A stretch of DNA of 63,017 nucleotides, counting the filler, from Aduncisulcus paluster (lineage: Eukaryota): the NCBI GenBank assembly GCA_024181965.1. It is 5 parts of 5 records of this genome, joined end to end, with 100 filler letters (N's around TTAATTAATTAA, not from the genome) between each part and the next. Parts side by side here need not be neighbours in the genome. Positions count along the whole stretch, not along the records: positions 1 to 11,889 come from BQXS01010805.1; positions 11,990 to 30,050 come from BQXS01010806.1; 3 more parts are not named here. One strand, written 5' to 3'. Below are positions 1 to 13,758 of this stretch, one piece after another. The notes under the pieces were generated by a model. That model ran no database searches and was not told the DNA's origin. It worked only from the letters and a program-made list of their open reading frames with translations. The first letter of the stretch is position 1; every line of letters starts with the position of its first letter. A program made the position numbers and the translations under genes.

Positions 1-2
1 AC

Positions 3-3000
3 AATTTCTTTCTCAATAAGACTCATTAACTCAAGAACAAGACGTCTTCTATTCAAGGGAGCAACTGAAAATTCAATACCCTCAATCTCAGGCTGAAGTG
101 GAGTGGCAGGTTCAGCAGTGGCATTGATCATATCTCGAACAGATCTCTTCAACAATTTGGGTTCGGGAGCAGGTTCAACTTCTGGCAATTTTTTGAGGAT
201 ACCAATTTTCAATAGAGCCATAACGGAGGACAATGTCTTTTCTTGTTTCTTTCCCTTTGCTCTATTTCCTCGGGTATCAGTTTGTTCTGCTCTTTGCTGC
301 TGGTTTTCCCTTTCTTGGCGAAGTTCTTCTTCAATCCAATTCTTGAGATTCTTATTAAGAGCAACAGATAACTGAGGGATACTCTTCAACAAAGGAATCA
401 GTGGATGAAGTGAGATGTTATTCGAAGAGGAGTCAATTGGAGTGGAATGAACCATTGCACGACTTAACCCTTGAATGAGAGCACCCAAAGTAGGAGAGTA
501 GAAGAATGGAACAATACTTTCACTCTCTTGGCCCATAACTTGAGTGTATTCCATTGGAGCTAAGCGGTTAAGTGCAGATATTAAGTATAATGTGATACCA
601 CTATCAATGGGAGTATGCAATGTGAGAGAAGAGGAAGAGGATTTTTGGACAGTTTTCTTAGCTCCTCTTCTTCTTCCTGCCGTAGTTGATGAACTGGCTG
701 AGCTTTCAGCAACAATAGCAGCCTTCGCCTCATCCTCGAGTTGAGATGGCAAGGATATTCCCATGATGGAGGCTACAAGCTTCAATGTATTGAAAACATG
801 CAAGGAAGTTGGTGTCTTTCTCACATCAATTAGAGAGCCAACACTATCAATAACACGTTCAGTTGGAATATACAACGGTAATCCATATTCAAATTGCCTT
901 GAAAAATGAGAGAAGAGGAAAGCACGGTGGTGTAATACTGAAGTAACTCCGATATCAATAAAATGGCCAATATTACAATCAAGAACATCGCAAAGATCAG
1001 GAAGAGATTGAGAGAAAGAAAACAGGAAGTCTCGATCAACAGAATCAAGATGAAGTGAAACAGGAGGTTTTACAACTGTATGATGGATATTCAAATGCAT
1101 CCGTTTTTCATCCAAAATATCTTGGGCTTCTTTCACAACCAATGGTGTGAGTCTACACCGATACTGGGCAGGTAAATACCCGTTGATACCAGAGAGAACA
1201 CTGTTAAAGGATGAGGTCAGAGATTGACCTGAAATACGAGAAAACAAGATAATACTCTTCGCAAACAAGATATTGAAGGCGTTACTGGTTTGCGGAGCAG
1301 TGATGAGGTTGGATCCAAAGAGATTCTGACCAACCCCTGTTGTGATAGAAAATCCAATCGCACTAGATGTTCTGGCAATCATGTGACCAAAAATCATAGA
1401 GATCAAATTGTTTCCAAATTCACTTTCAGTCATGTCAAATTCATTCTTTTGGTAACGTGACCTTTGAACAGTAACTTCTTCTTCTGGTTCTTCTTGGAAC
1501 TCAGTCGGAAGATAATTACCGAGATTCCTTTCATAATCTTCCTTTTCTTGCTGTTTCCTCATGAAGTAGGCCACTTCTTTCCTCCATTCACTCCCAGGAC
1601 GTTTATGCCACATTTCATTGATGACATCTTCATCAAAGAATTCTGTTGACCTGATACTGACATTTCTGGAGAGGGCCAAATGTCTAACAAGATCATAAAA
1701 AGTGTCATCAATTGAGTTCATATTGTCAAGCATCATGTCACGGGCACTAATATCGTTGTCAATGCTGAATGAAAATGGAATACGTTCCAAGACTTCACAG
1801 AAGGAATTGATCACATCCATGTTCTCACAAACAAGCACAAGACGGAAGGACGGTTCGATATGCTCAGAACTGAATACTTTCCACCACTCTCCTTCCCGAT
1901 TGAGAGCATATAACGTATCTGTAGCACCCACATGACCATTAGCCGCGGCAGTTACACATGTCTTCTTGGTTTGTTGTCTTTCATCAAGTTCTTCCGCGAT
2001 AATTCCATCCCACAAGTTGATAATCAAAATACTTCCTTCTTCAAGCGCTTTTATAGACATTGACCTACACACAAGAGGCGATGATCCAGCGCTTATGCTG
2101 ATAACATTGTTCTTCTTCCTCTTCTTTGAAGCCTTTTCAACCATTGAATCGAACATTAGAGGGGCGTAAACAAACATATTCTCATTAACAGCGCTTTCTT
2201 TGATCACCAAAACAGAATTATGGCAATCCAAAATATCAAGAACACCAGAGAGATATACACTCCGAGGCAAAGAGAATAATTGATCAAGTTTGACAAGGCC
2301 ACGGGTGGTTGTATGAACAAGAACGCGGTAAGCATGGTAAATTCTATCAGGGCGGACTATTGAAATCACAACAAATCGTTGCCAAGGTGATAGAGATGAG
2401 AGCGCACTTCTTGCAGAAATATCAGCCTTTTCGGGAGTGTTGTTTGATGCCCATTCCTCCATGTGGATATGATCATCACGACAGGCGATGGCAAAGTCTC
2501 CAAGACCGACTGACTCAATGGTGTCGATAACAGTCGGCGAAAGGATATTCCGTGACAATGGGGTGGCTCCTCGCTGAGAAGACTCAGTGGTCTCTTCTCC
2601 ATTTCCACTAGATGATTTCTGAGATGTTGCGAATCTCTTCTGAATTCTTATGGGGTGTTGCTGAGCTTGACTCTTTGGCCTAATAAAAGTGTTGAAGATT
2701 ACATCATAATCCAACAACTTTGGAGGATGATCCGAGAGAATAAAGGTCAAAAGAAGAATTGAAGCCCATCTGAAATGGAATGGAATCGAATGGAACAGTA
2801 TTTGAATAACACCACGAACAACAGGGAAGAAAAGACGACCGAGAATACCAGTTCCCTTAGGTTGTCGTTGTAAAAGTCGTTTCACGACAAACACAATGTG
2901 TGTGTAGGTGGGAAGAGTAGCATTGGGTGGAAGTCTCGTACTCTGTGATCTTGTATTAATCAAATGAGCTGTATTCTCCTTCAAGTCAATCAGAGTACTC

Positions 3001-6000
3001 AGGCGAGAGAATAATGAGAGAATAGTTGAGAGATATAAACTCAAACGATGGATGGAAATAGAATTCATATCGTACTGAATGAGAGTCGAGATAGATCGAT
3101 CTACACGCTGCTGTGTGTTTTCAAACTGTGAAGTAAGCAACTCTAACTTCTTCCGAGCTTCGTCCGAATTGACAATTCTGGGAGTTACTTTCTCTTTTTC
3201 AAAGATCCCTGCAAGAACATCGACAGTCTCAGTCTGAGTTTCGACAAGAAGAGAGGATTGTTCGAGAAGTTCAACACGAGCCTTGCGAATACGATCCATT
3301 TCAAGATCATCTCCAATTTCACACATCATTTCTCCCAATCTGCACCTTTCACCTCTTTCACAGTGTTCCATGTTGATAATTTGAATGCTAGAACGGACAC
3401 GACCACGTAGAAGCAAGTGAGGAGATATTGTATGATGGGAAGAACAGAGCAAAATCAATCGAGGAATGGATGAAGGCTCAGGTCCATCACTTTCTTGAAG
3501 ATCGAGCAAAGGAATACCGAACCCCCCAGCACCGAGACCACTCACAGAGATAGGTGGCGTCTTCGTCGAAGAAAGAGGGAAGGAGCATACTAAATCACGG
3601 AGAATCTCACAGAACCTGATTAGCATACAACCATATTCAGTTTTTTCTTGCATATCTTCGAGTGTAACAGTGGCCACAATGAGCTGTGGGCACAATGAGA
3701 GATCTTGAATAGTAGGTTGGGCAGGAATGTTATATAGGAACATCAGATCACCGTGAGAATAAATATAGTGTGGACTGACAGAGAAAAAGGTTGAGAGATT
3801 GGGAGAAATGAGGAGGGAAGGATCATATAAGAAGGTTGGAAGAGGAGAACGCAACAAATTGACAGCGGATAAGATGGCATCTGGAGATGCTGGAACACCC
3901 TTTTCACGTAACACGAGGGGCCTTGTATCGTTTTGTGGCCATACAACAGCTGGAATGTTGTCATAGAGAACCTTATATACTGAATCAAATGTGAGGTTAG
4001 GCAATGCGTTATATACTCGAGAAATAAGGGATAAACAGAGTTGATCGTTTTCCTTCATCTTCCACAAAATGCTCTTGGAGAGGTACGAATCATCGGACTC
4101 CTCAGAGGATGATATTAAATTATCTTTCGTCGACTGTTTGCTGAGAGTTTTCATGGAGCTATACGAGGCACGAGCAGCCAAAGTTCCGATACTACTCGAT
4201 CTACGTATGTCTCTTCTCGATGATTGTTTGGAAGAAAGGAATCCTTCTCGTGTATGGTCATCCTCAATATCATCAAATTTCTCATCAGGAATGGCCAAAT
4301 CAGCAACAGAACCAAGAACATCAATGCGCGTACTCTTGAGGACATTATTCAACTCAGATAAGATATTCCCTTGCTCAAAAACCTGGACAACATTCCTCAA
4401 AGTGTCTTGGGGTTGGTGGATTCTAAATGGCCAACGCAGCATGAATGTCTCAACACAAGCACTTGAGGGGAGCAAAAACAAATCACTGGTAACATTAACA
4501 ACCTTATCGTACCAGCCTTGGGCTTCTTTGCTTAACATTTTCATCAAAACTCTGGAAGATTGTTGAGTTTGTTTGTTAACTTGAATTTCACCTTCAAGTT
4601 TATCCTTTTCTGCGGCACATGTCGCAAATTCTTTCCCAGCATTCTGAAGTTTCTCTTGGACTCGATGCAACTCAGCTGTAGTGTTGTTGAGTGCGTTTCT
4701 AGCTTCTTTCAATTTCATTGCAGCCTTCTTGTTTCGTTCATTCACAGGTTTTGCATCCATATATACCTTGTGATGCTGAACAACAGCACAAACCCACCCG
4801 ACAAGACCGGCCACACTTTCACTTACTCTTTTTGCGGCAATTGGATTGAAATCAGGAGCCTCAAGGTAAGGACATAACAATTCGACAATTTCAGAAGACA
4901 CAAGAACAGGGTCAAAGGCCAAAAGATAATGAACAAAGGAGCCATCTTCCACCATGTGGCGAGTAACTTCAAAGGAATCACGAGGTCCATATTCATCACC
5001 CAATTCACAAGGCTTGACAGGTAACATTGGTCCAAACCCAAGGATGATGGCAACACAATCAAATGTTCTTCTTACAAGGGATGGAGCGTGTCTCATCTTT
5101 CGAAGGCGACTTAGATCCTTGATACTCACACACCGCAGAGAAGCACGTGCAACATCAATGGCCGGTTGTTTCGCAGCAGCAGCTGTGGCAGCCAAACGAG
5201 CACTTTCAGCAGCACGATCGGCAGCAAGTTGTTCTTCATGGATGACTTTGAATAATTTGTTCTGAAGAGCTTCATATTGGGAACTTTCATCAACCAAAAA
5301 CTCAAGTTTGTCGGATACTTCCTTATGATTTGCCTCCAATCTCTTTAAATTCATTTGTAATTCTTTCGAGACACCCTCAATATCGGATCTGGCACAAGAA
5401 AGGGCATGGAGAGCTGAGCAAGACTTTGATAGCTGGGAGAAATATTCTCCAATGATTTGCAAAAAGATAGTCTTGAACATCTGCATAAAGGTGAGCATTT
5501 CGATGGGAGTAATGGATAAGGAAGATTCCTTGGTAACATCAACGGGTCCAACAGGAACAATGTCTTGAATAAATGAATCAAATTTATCAAGACCTTCAGA
5601 TTCATTCAGAAAAGCAACTCCACCACAGATACCAACACCAAACGACCCCAAGGGAGACAAACCACACATCATAATCTTATCATGGATGCCTGTGGAATCA
5701 GTGAGGGGACGTTGTGCACATGCCTCGAGATTTGTCCTACGGTGCTCAGAGAGACAACCACCGTCATTCTTCTCTTGATACGTTGAGAAAGCGACTTGAA
5801 CGAGACCAAGAGCTATTGCATCGATGACTCCACGATCTGTAAGACAGAGAATTGCAGTTTTGACACTTTGGGGCATATGGTTTCCTTCTCTAACATTAAC
5901 AATCCCTCGAATGGCTGAAGGAAGTGTATTGAATAACTGGTTACTAACAGCATGAGCAAGATCGGCAGCTCCCCATCCAGGAATACGAATGACATCACCA

Positions 6001-9000
6001 ACAGCAAAACGGGAAAGCAAATGATGGTTCAAAACTCCTCCATTTTGAGTCATAGAACGTGGCGCAGGAGATGAAATGATGAAAACAGGAATGATAGCTC
6101 GTCTTAGAGTTGATGAAATATCGAAAGGATTGTTCCTCTTACTATTTTTGGAGAAAAGTTCACTCATTTCCATTGAAAATCCAACTGGAAAAGCAAAATG
6201 CATGGAATCTAGACCCAACAAGGCTCCAATCGTATGTAATATCGATTGTGGCAAGGAGCTTGAAGCCGCACTTGATGAGATAATGGAAGATGGTATGTTG
6301 ATTGCGAACACAACGTTTTGTTTCTGTTCAACTTCAAGAGCAAGAGCTTTCATTGTTGAAGTGAGTGCATTTTCAAGAGAAACTTCAGATGATAACAAAT
6401 CAAGACCCACAAATCCCATTTTGCTGAGTTTGGCAGCTGCTTTAAGTAATGTCTTCTTTCCTACACCATTTTGACCAGTGAGAAGAATAGGTTGGAATGG
6501 AGAATGATGCAAAAGATGTGCGCTGAGTAATCTGATTGTTCCATTGACAGTATCACAACTGTACAAATGGGAAGGTGATGGCAAGGAAGAGATAGGAGAT
6601 GTGTCCATTGATACTTCATCTTCTTTTATCTTGAGTCCAAATATAGTTGCGGCGTGAGAACGAATATCTTCGACAGGAATTAGTAAAGGACAAGTGGCTA
6701 CATCGGGAGGAATACAAACGGAGCAAACATGAACAACAGCTCTTACCCAGGCCATGGCAACACTCTTTTTCAGTACTTCCATTGGATTCTCTCGCTTTTC
6801 AATAAAGAACGAAACAGCATGTTTCTGAGGGGAAGATCCATAAGATGAATCCATCGAATCTCTGGCAGATCCAGACAATTCTTCATCATCATCACCGGAA
6901 TGACCAGATTTTTGGCTATCTTCCGTGCCACTGTAATCATACTGTTCATCATAATCATCTGCAGGCAAACTCTCGTCAAGTGATCTTCCTCCCCCAGAAA
7001 TGGAAGGGGACTGATCAAGGGACTCCTCTGGTCTTCGGTAATTATCGGCACTTTCCTTCGATTCAGCAGGAACACTTTTTCTTGTGGATGAATGGGAAGT
7101 CGAACGGGAAGCAGAACCAGATGTAGATTCTTCAGAACCAGAACTCTCAGTGGAGCTGGCATATTCCGAACTCTCAGAATCCGTTTCACTCGACCCAGAT
7201 GATTCTGATTCGTAAGAGCCGGATCCTGAAGAAGATGTCGACTCTGTGCCCGATGTATTCTCCGAAGAGGCTCCTTCATCGGTGACACTTGGAGAAGGGG
7301 CAATTTCTTTCGGGGACTGAACAACAGGTTGTTCTTTCACAGAAGACTCTTCAGTTGTCTCGCTTGACTCCTCTTCTTCAACAATTTCCTCATATTCATC
7401 ATCATCAACGAATTTCTCACCCATGCTCAACTCAGTAGCCTCACTCATCTCGTCGATTGAAGCGTCAACCAAGTCATCGGATCCGTCAAGAAGGAATTCA
7501 CGCTCACTGGCATCAAGGGAACTTCCTCCAATAGCCTGATCACTATCGTGACGACCAAATCCTGGAACGGGAGGAGGCATAACTTGGCCAGGAATACCCT
7601 TTGATCCGTGACCCTCACCAATAACGACTCCATTAAGACCTGAACTTTGCAATCCAGTGGCTCCAATCCCTTTTTGTTGCATAATTTCAGCCACTGTGGA
7701 ATAGAAATTCTGACAAGCTCCAAGGATCATCAAAGAAACACGAAGAGGTGACAATGAGACATGTTTTTTCATAATCTTTTCAAGGGCATTCATAATCAGA
7801 TCAGTTTTGGCCACAGGATCTCCTTCTTCCTTTTGTTTTCGTCTGCGACCATATGAGAATCTGTTTCTTTTCTGATTGCCACGAATCTGAGTCAGCGATT
7901 GTAAAGGAAGAGCAGACAATATCGAGAGCACATACAATCTACCTACTTCAACAACGGACTGATAGGTGATATTTGGAACACATACGTTCAAAGAGGAAGA
8001 ATGTTGCTCAAATGGAGATCTGAATAAACCAGCCACTTGACCGCCTTCTTGCGCACGGTGAACATTAAGAGAACTTGAAGAAGTCTGGGAACCCTTCAAT
8101 ATATCTTCATTCAAAATACCAGCAGATGTAAGATCATTGCCAGCAGATCTAAAGAGAATAATACGACTAACAGGACCAAGAGTCTCATTAAGCTTGGCTT
8201 CTAAAATTAGAGCAACATGTTTCTCAACACACAGAGCATCCACAATAAGAGTACAATGCACAGACCTTGCAATTGCCTTCAAAGATCTTCCTACACGAGA
8301 ATTAATCAGTTTCATGATCATATGCTCTTGGAGACAAGGAGGAATGGTAACATGCTGAACAAGATTCGTCATCTCCCCCACTGATTCTAATTTTGAGGGC
8401 ATAAGATTGGAGAGAGTGAGCAAAGGAACAAGGAATCGTTTCGTAATAGCTGGAATATCAACGGTAATGATCCCTCGAGGTATTTGGCGTTGAACATCAA
8501 CATGATGAATCCCTTCAAGGGCAACGGCAACTGGTAAGAGCTCTTTCGGTAAAAACGAGGGAGGGGCTGGGGAAAATAGACAACTCTCAACGTCAACGAC
8601 AACGTCAGATAAGAGAGGAACAGAAGACATTTGAGCGGCTGGAGACTTTGGAGAGAACACAGACTTCACAAAGAATTCAGAAGATGTGTTTGAAGAAGAG
8701 TCTTTGGCGGCCAATCGAGAGCTCGAATGACGGATTCCCATAGTTCTCTGAGATTTCTTCTTTCGCCTATTTCTGATCGAAACACCACCACCTGCTTCAC
8801 ATGGGCATTCGGCATTTTGCATGGAAACAAGGATACAATGAGATAAATTGCCTAAGGATGCCGAATCCAACAAACCCGCCAAGACTCCGTAAATGGCAAC
8901 ACACGCTTGGAGAACTATACCAGGTGCAACATTTTCAACGACATCCATCTGTGAAATCTTTGCTTTGTTTTCTTCTCGTAACAATCTAGCAGCCAAGCAA

Positions 9001-11888
9001 CGAATAGCACGCTGATAGAAGATAGCACAAGCTCCCCTAACTGCACACAAACAAGACATGACGAGACGACATCCACTGACTCCAACGACTCTTCGGGCGA
9101 TAACAAAGGAAACAGCACTGGAAATGACATGTGATAGGAACCTGTTTTGAACATAATCAGGAATCACCCATGATGGAACATTCATTGTATGAACCTTGTT
9201 GGGACGGATCTTACGGGGAATGTAAACAAATAACCTTGAAGATAGTAAACCTGCAAATCCAGTATGAATTCCAGAAGTGTATCCTTTCAAGGTCCAACCT
9301 CTACCGAGCTCCTTACGATGGTAAGCAGCGGCAATTGCAGGGGGGAGGGTGTCATTACTGTCTGGAGAGCTAGTAACAAACTCTACTCCGCTGTGCATCA
9401 TAGACACGAAAGGACACTTTCTGAATGATTGGATTGAGGCGAGTTTTGGGAAACAAAGAGAATTACTTGGACGAGCAGCAGAGATAAGAGCAGGAACTCT
9501 TGGAATAGCTGCCATCAATATCACTGTTTTGTGGGGCTGAATGATGAATGATGGCGTGCTATTCATGTGAATGAATAAAACACCTCTTTGAATTGCTTCA
9601 AATGATGACTGCACATCATTCGTCCCTGCACACAATATGATGAGATTTACAGTGTGATAGACAGAGTGAGTATCATCTCTCGAAACGCCAAGAACAGTTT
9701 CCAAGTCATTCTCAGTGGATAGGAAGAAATCTCCATTGTGACAAACTGCCACCAAGATTCGGTGACAACGCTCAAGATGAATAGTTCTCTCCTTTTTGAT
9801 CCTTTGCAAGATCATTTCTCCAATATCTTTGTTTACATCAGAAGTATCAATTTTCTGTTGAGAATCGTCATTTTCATACAAAGGGGCTTCTCGTGTCCTG
9901 ACAATTTGTTTCCACTCACGTTCGGTACGAGCAAGGATTCGTCCTGTCTTAGATGTAATACATTCCTCATCTCCAACATCTTCCAGCCTATCCTCATCAT
10001 ACAAATCTACACCACGGAGGACGGCACTACAATTCCTGATTAACTCGGCACTGGGCTCCAGAGTGGCACAACACACAGTGTCAAACACTGTCAGCATCAT
10101 GAGAATGTGAGAGAAGAAGGTAGGATTGAGGGTGTGAGTGAATGGGAGAGTGGGTTCAAGAGAATGGATGGGAGGGGATAATTTATATCCATTGAACAAA
10201 GCAATAGCTGACTTCTGGGCTTCTTGGGAGATTAGTGGATACTTGCCTGCAGCAGCTTCAATCGAAACGCTGAGATCAAGCCCAAGTTCTTTGCTATTGA
10301 AATCATTGCGAACAGAAGAGGGAAGAATAGGATTGTTTGTCAACGGTGAGCTTGCAGATTTCGCTCCAGAAGTTAAGGCATTCCCAGAGATTGAAGGTAT
10401 TTCCAAAGTAAGGGGAGGAATGGATTTTACAGCTGGAGGAGTTGGATATGGTATTTCCTCTCCTTTTTGTCCGGATACAAATTTTTCACTGACAGCCTTG
10501 AGAGATTCTTTCTTTTTCTTCCATACTTGATCCCTTTCATGGACAATAGCAGCGTTTACACCATTCATGATATTCTCATAGAAGGATGACACATCAGAGT
10601 ATCCAAACAACACTCCAACTTGACGAATCAAATTTTCATGAGGGAGTTCACAAGCAACAGCGGTTTGGATCTCGTCAAAAATAGGATATGGGTCTGGTAA
10701 TCCCTTTTTAAAAGCAGTTTTCCTCAATTCTTGACGCTTAATTCCAGACTGACGTAGTGGTACGGAGAGTTGGGGATCAAGAAGAGACATTGTTTGAGGA
10801 ACGATCATCTGCAATATGGCAACGGCGAAGGCATGCATGATATGATCAGGATCAAATGGTAGATCTGACTCCTTTCGAGGAGGTGGGGAGGGAAGAGAAA
10901 CAAAAGTTGAGAATCTACGAAGAGATTTCTTGGGAGCTTGCTTTTGAACAACATTAACTTTACGCCCGCCGGCTAATTGGATTGTCCTTTTGCCATTGGG
11001 AAGAACTTGGTCTTTGGCACGCTGAACAGTAGGTCGAGGGATAGAGGGTTTTATGGGAACTTTGAGTTTCTTCTTACGGGAAGAATCAGGAACTGCTGAC
11101 ATAATATTGAATGCTTTGATCAAAACAGCTTCAACATCACTCATGGAAAAGTTTTCATTTGTTCCATGATATGTGCTATTCGTTGAACCAACAAAGAACG
11201 AGGCAAGAACAGACGAGAGAGTTTGAGCGGCCCACCTTTGACCGAGAGCCCATAAAATTGTATATATAATGAGTTCAAGCTCTAATTTCTCACTATCAAG
11301 GTATCCCAGAGCTCTATCCACCTTCATAGCTTCGATATCTGTCGCAGAACCTCCATAAGTAATGGTACTGAGGAGAGAGGCCCACATATCAGGTGGTTTT
11401 GGGGGAGAAGAAGGCTTTTCCTGACCAGAAATGGCGGAAGTGAACTGGGTAGAATCATCCATTTCAACTTCTTCTTCAACTTCAAGTCTCTTCTCCCTCT
11501 TCTTCTTCTTCTTGTCGGGCTTTCTAAGAGCTCGAATGGCACCAATGGGCCACTGATTCATTGAATGTGAGGGGAAATAATGAATAATATTATTCCGTAG
11601 AGCAGAAGGGAGGTGGGGACATGATGTATGCAAAGGTGACAGAGGAGTATTCACAGAAGAGGAATTGGAGCAGAATTCACAACCTTTCATGGTATCCACA
11701 CGATTCTCACTAGGAGCATGACAATTACATTGCAGAGTAATGATCATTCCACTCCTAGAATGTAATGGGAGATGTTTGATTTCAGAGCTTTCGCCAAATG
11801 AGGTGTGGAAAGGATAGGGTGGAGTTGAAACAGTGGCTGAAGCTGTTGTGAGGGTGGCAGTAGCAGATCTAGCAGTTGTCAAGGGAAC
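3..11888 (-). CDS. Very large, highly divergent dynein heavy chain-like protein; partial at both ends (about 3,960 codons)
   Basis: Hand-translated segments from 3 to 11888 all fall in one stop-free frame. The track lists no ORF terminating in that frame, consistent with no stop before the window edge. Dynein-like motifs occur in the correct order: PHLPSALRN (end of AAA1); IITVDIPAITKRFLVPLL (pre-AAA3); PILLTGQNGVGKKTLLKAAAKL (AAA4 Walker A, 6453-6476); a coiled coil then PAIDVARASLRCVSIKDLSRLRKMRHAPSLVRRTFDCVAIILG (stalk/microtubule-binding domain, ~5030-5170); EKGVPASPDAILSAVNLLRSPLPTFLYDPS (AAA5 start, ~3820-3905); IEPSFRLVLVC (AAA5). Confidence 0.75.
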
Positions 11889-11889
11889 A

Positions 11890-11989
11890 NNNNNNNNNNN
11901 NNNNNNNNNNNNNNNNNNNNNNNNNNNNNNNNNTTAATTAATTAANNNNNNNNNNNNNNNNNNNNNNNNNNNNNNNNNNNNNNNNNNNN
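11890..11989. other. Artificial contig-joining linker (N run, TTAATTAATTAA, N run)
   Basis: A 100-nt N spacer with a stop-in-all-frames 12-mer. The same linker occurs at 30051-30150, 39702-39801 and 52918-53017, and genes are cut at these points. Confidence 0.97.
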
Positions 11990-13408
11990 CAACTCAGCCA
12001 TCCATTTCATGTACTCGATGTAGATAGTCTTGACCTCCTCGAAGTCGAGGGGAGTGTCGTCTCCAGACTTGATCTTACCCAACTTGGGACCGACCTGGAA
12101 GTCCTTGACCTCATCGTAACCGTTGTTCAAGGAGTAAAGGAGAAGCTTGGCGAGATTACAACGAGCACCGAAGAACTGCATAGCCTTTCCGATGGCCATA
12201 GCAGACACACAGCAAGCAATACCATAATCCTGACCGTGGATGGGTTTCATGAGGGCATCACTCTCGTACTGGATGGAGGAAGTACGGATGGAGATGTCGG
12301 CACAGTATCTTCTCCAGTTCATGGGGAGTCTAGAGTCCCAAAGGATGGTCATGTTAGGCTCAGGGGCAGGGCCAAGAGTGGTGAGGGTGTTAACAATACG
12401 GTAAGAAGTACGGGTAACCATAGACTTGTCATCCATGGTCATACCACCAAGGACGAAGGTGATCCAAGTGGGGTCACCAGCGAAGAGAGCATCATACTCG
12501 GGGGTTCTAAGGTGACGAACGATACGGAGCTTCATGATAAAGTCATCGATCAACTCCTGGGCCTTTTCTTCAGTGAGGACACCGGCAGCAATGTCCTTCT
12601 CGATGTAGATATCAAGGAAAGCATCAACACGACCAAAAGACATGGCAGCTCCATCTTGTTGCTTGACGGAACCAAGGTATCCGAAGTAAGTCCACTGGAT
12701 AGCTTCATGGGCATTCTTGGCAGGACGTCCAAGTTCAAGACCGTACATCTCACCACAGACCTTGAGAGCCTTAAGAGCCTTGATCTGTTCGCTCAACTCG
12801 AGACGAAGTTGCATGGTCTCAGCATCCATGATGGCAGCGTTCATGTCCTTATCCTTTTGTTTGAGCTCAATAAGCTTGTCGAGACCGTAGAGGGCAATAC
12901 GACGGTAATCACCAATGATACGACCACGACCGTAACCATCGGGCAAACCAGTAATGATACCATAACGACGGGCGATACGCATCTCAGGGGTGTACATTTT
13001 GAAGACAGCATCGTTGTGAGTGGTGGTGTATGTGGAGAAAATCTTTTTCACCTCAGGGTTAAGGGTGTAACCAAAAGCTTGACAGGCCTTGTCAACAATA
13101 AGGTATCCTCCGGCGGGCTTGATGGCACGCTTGAGGGGAGCATCGGTTTGAAGACCAACGATCAATTCAGCATCTTTGTCAATGAATCCAGCAGCATGGG
13201 AAGTGATGGTGGAAGGAGTGTCAAAATCAACATCAAGAACTCCTTTCTTCAACTCTTCGGCCATGAGAGCAAGAACTTTCTTCCAGAGACCAGAGGTTCT
13301 GTCGGTAGCCTTGGCCAAGAAAGAGGCATCTCCGTCATAGGGTTTGAAGTTGTCAGCGATAAAACCACTGACATTCAATTCAGTTTTAGTAGCTTCTGGT
13401 TTAGACAT
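11990..13408 (-). CDS. PFL: Pyruvate formate-lyase (glycyl radical enzyme), 3'-truncated at contig end
   Basis: GLPDGYGRGRIIGDYRRIALYG, GAAMSFGR, YDALFAGDPTW, GPAPEPN, catalytic IACCVSAM and MQFFGARCNLAK. First ATG is at 13408 (MSKPEATK). Strong C-ending codon bias. Confidence 0.97.
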
Positions 13409-13758
13409 AGTGCTCAAGAAGTCTCTTTGTTGGAATGGGCAATAAGCTATTTTTGGACACCAAAATAATGATCTAATATTACTCAATAATGTCAACAAAT
13501 GAATAAAGCTATTTCAAAGCTCTAAATTTTCTTTCCCTTTTTTCTTAATTTTTGTATCGGCAGTAAACAACTACAATTTCACAAAGTTTTTGCAGGTCGT
13601 CATCTTTTGAACCACAAAAGTTGGAAGAGTATGCGTGAAAAATATATTGCAACACGGTAATTGGGGAGTTGATTAAAAAATTTATTTGAGGACTTGGCTC
13701 AATCTATTGATTTTTTTGAAATCACTTCCCAGTTTGCCTGCAAAAGAGATTGTCAAAC

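Noticed and set aside
103-11545. Dozens of short ORFs in the first contig
   Set aside because: All overlap the single long minus-strand frame, either antisense or out of frame.
11934-11945. TTAATTAATTAA palindrome recurring four times
   Set aside because: It is always centred in a 100-nt N spacer and has stops in all six frames, so it is an artificial concatenation linker. Adjacency across linkers is meaningless.
12236-13468. 410-aa antisense ORF opposite PFL; likewise 17920-18795 opposite RPL5 and several opposite PFO
   Set aside because: Shadow ORFs caused by strong codon bias in highly expressed genes, with no protein motifs.
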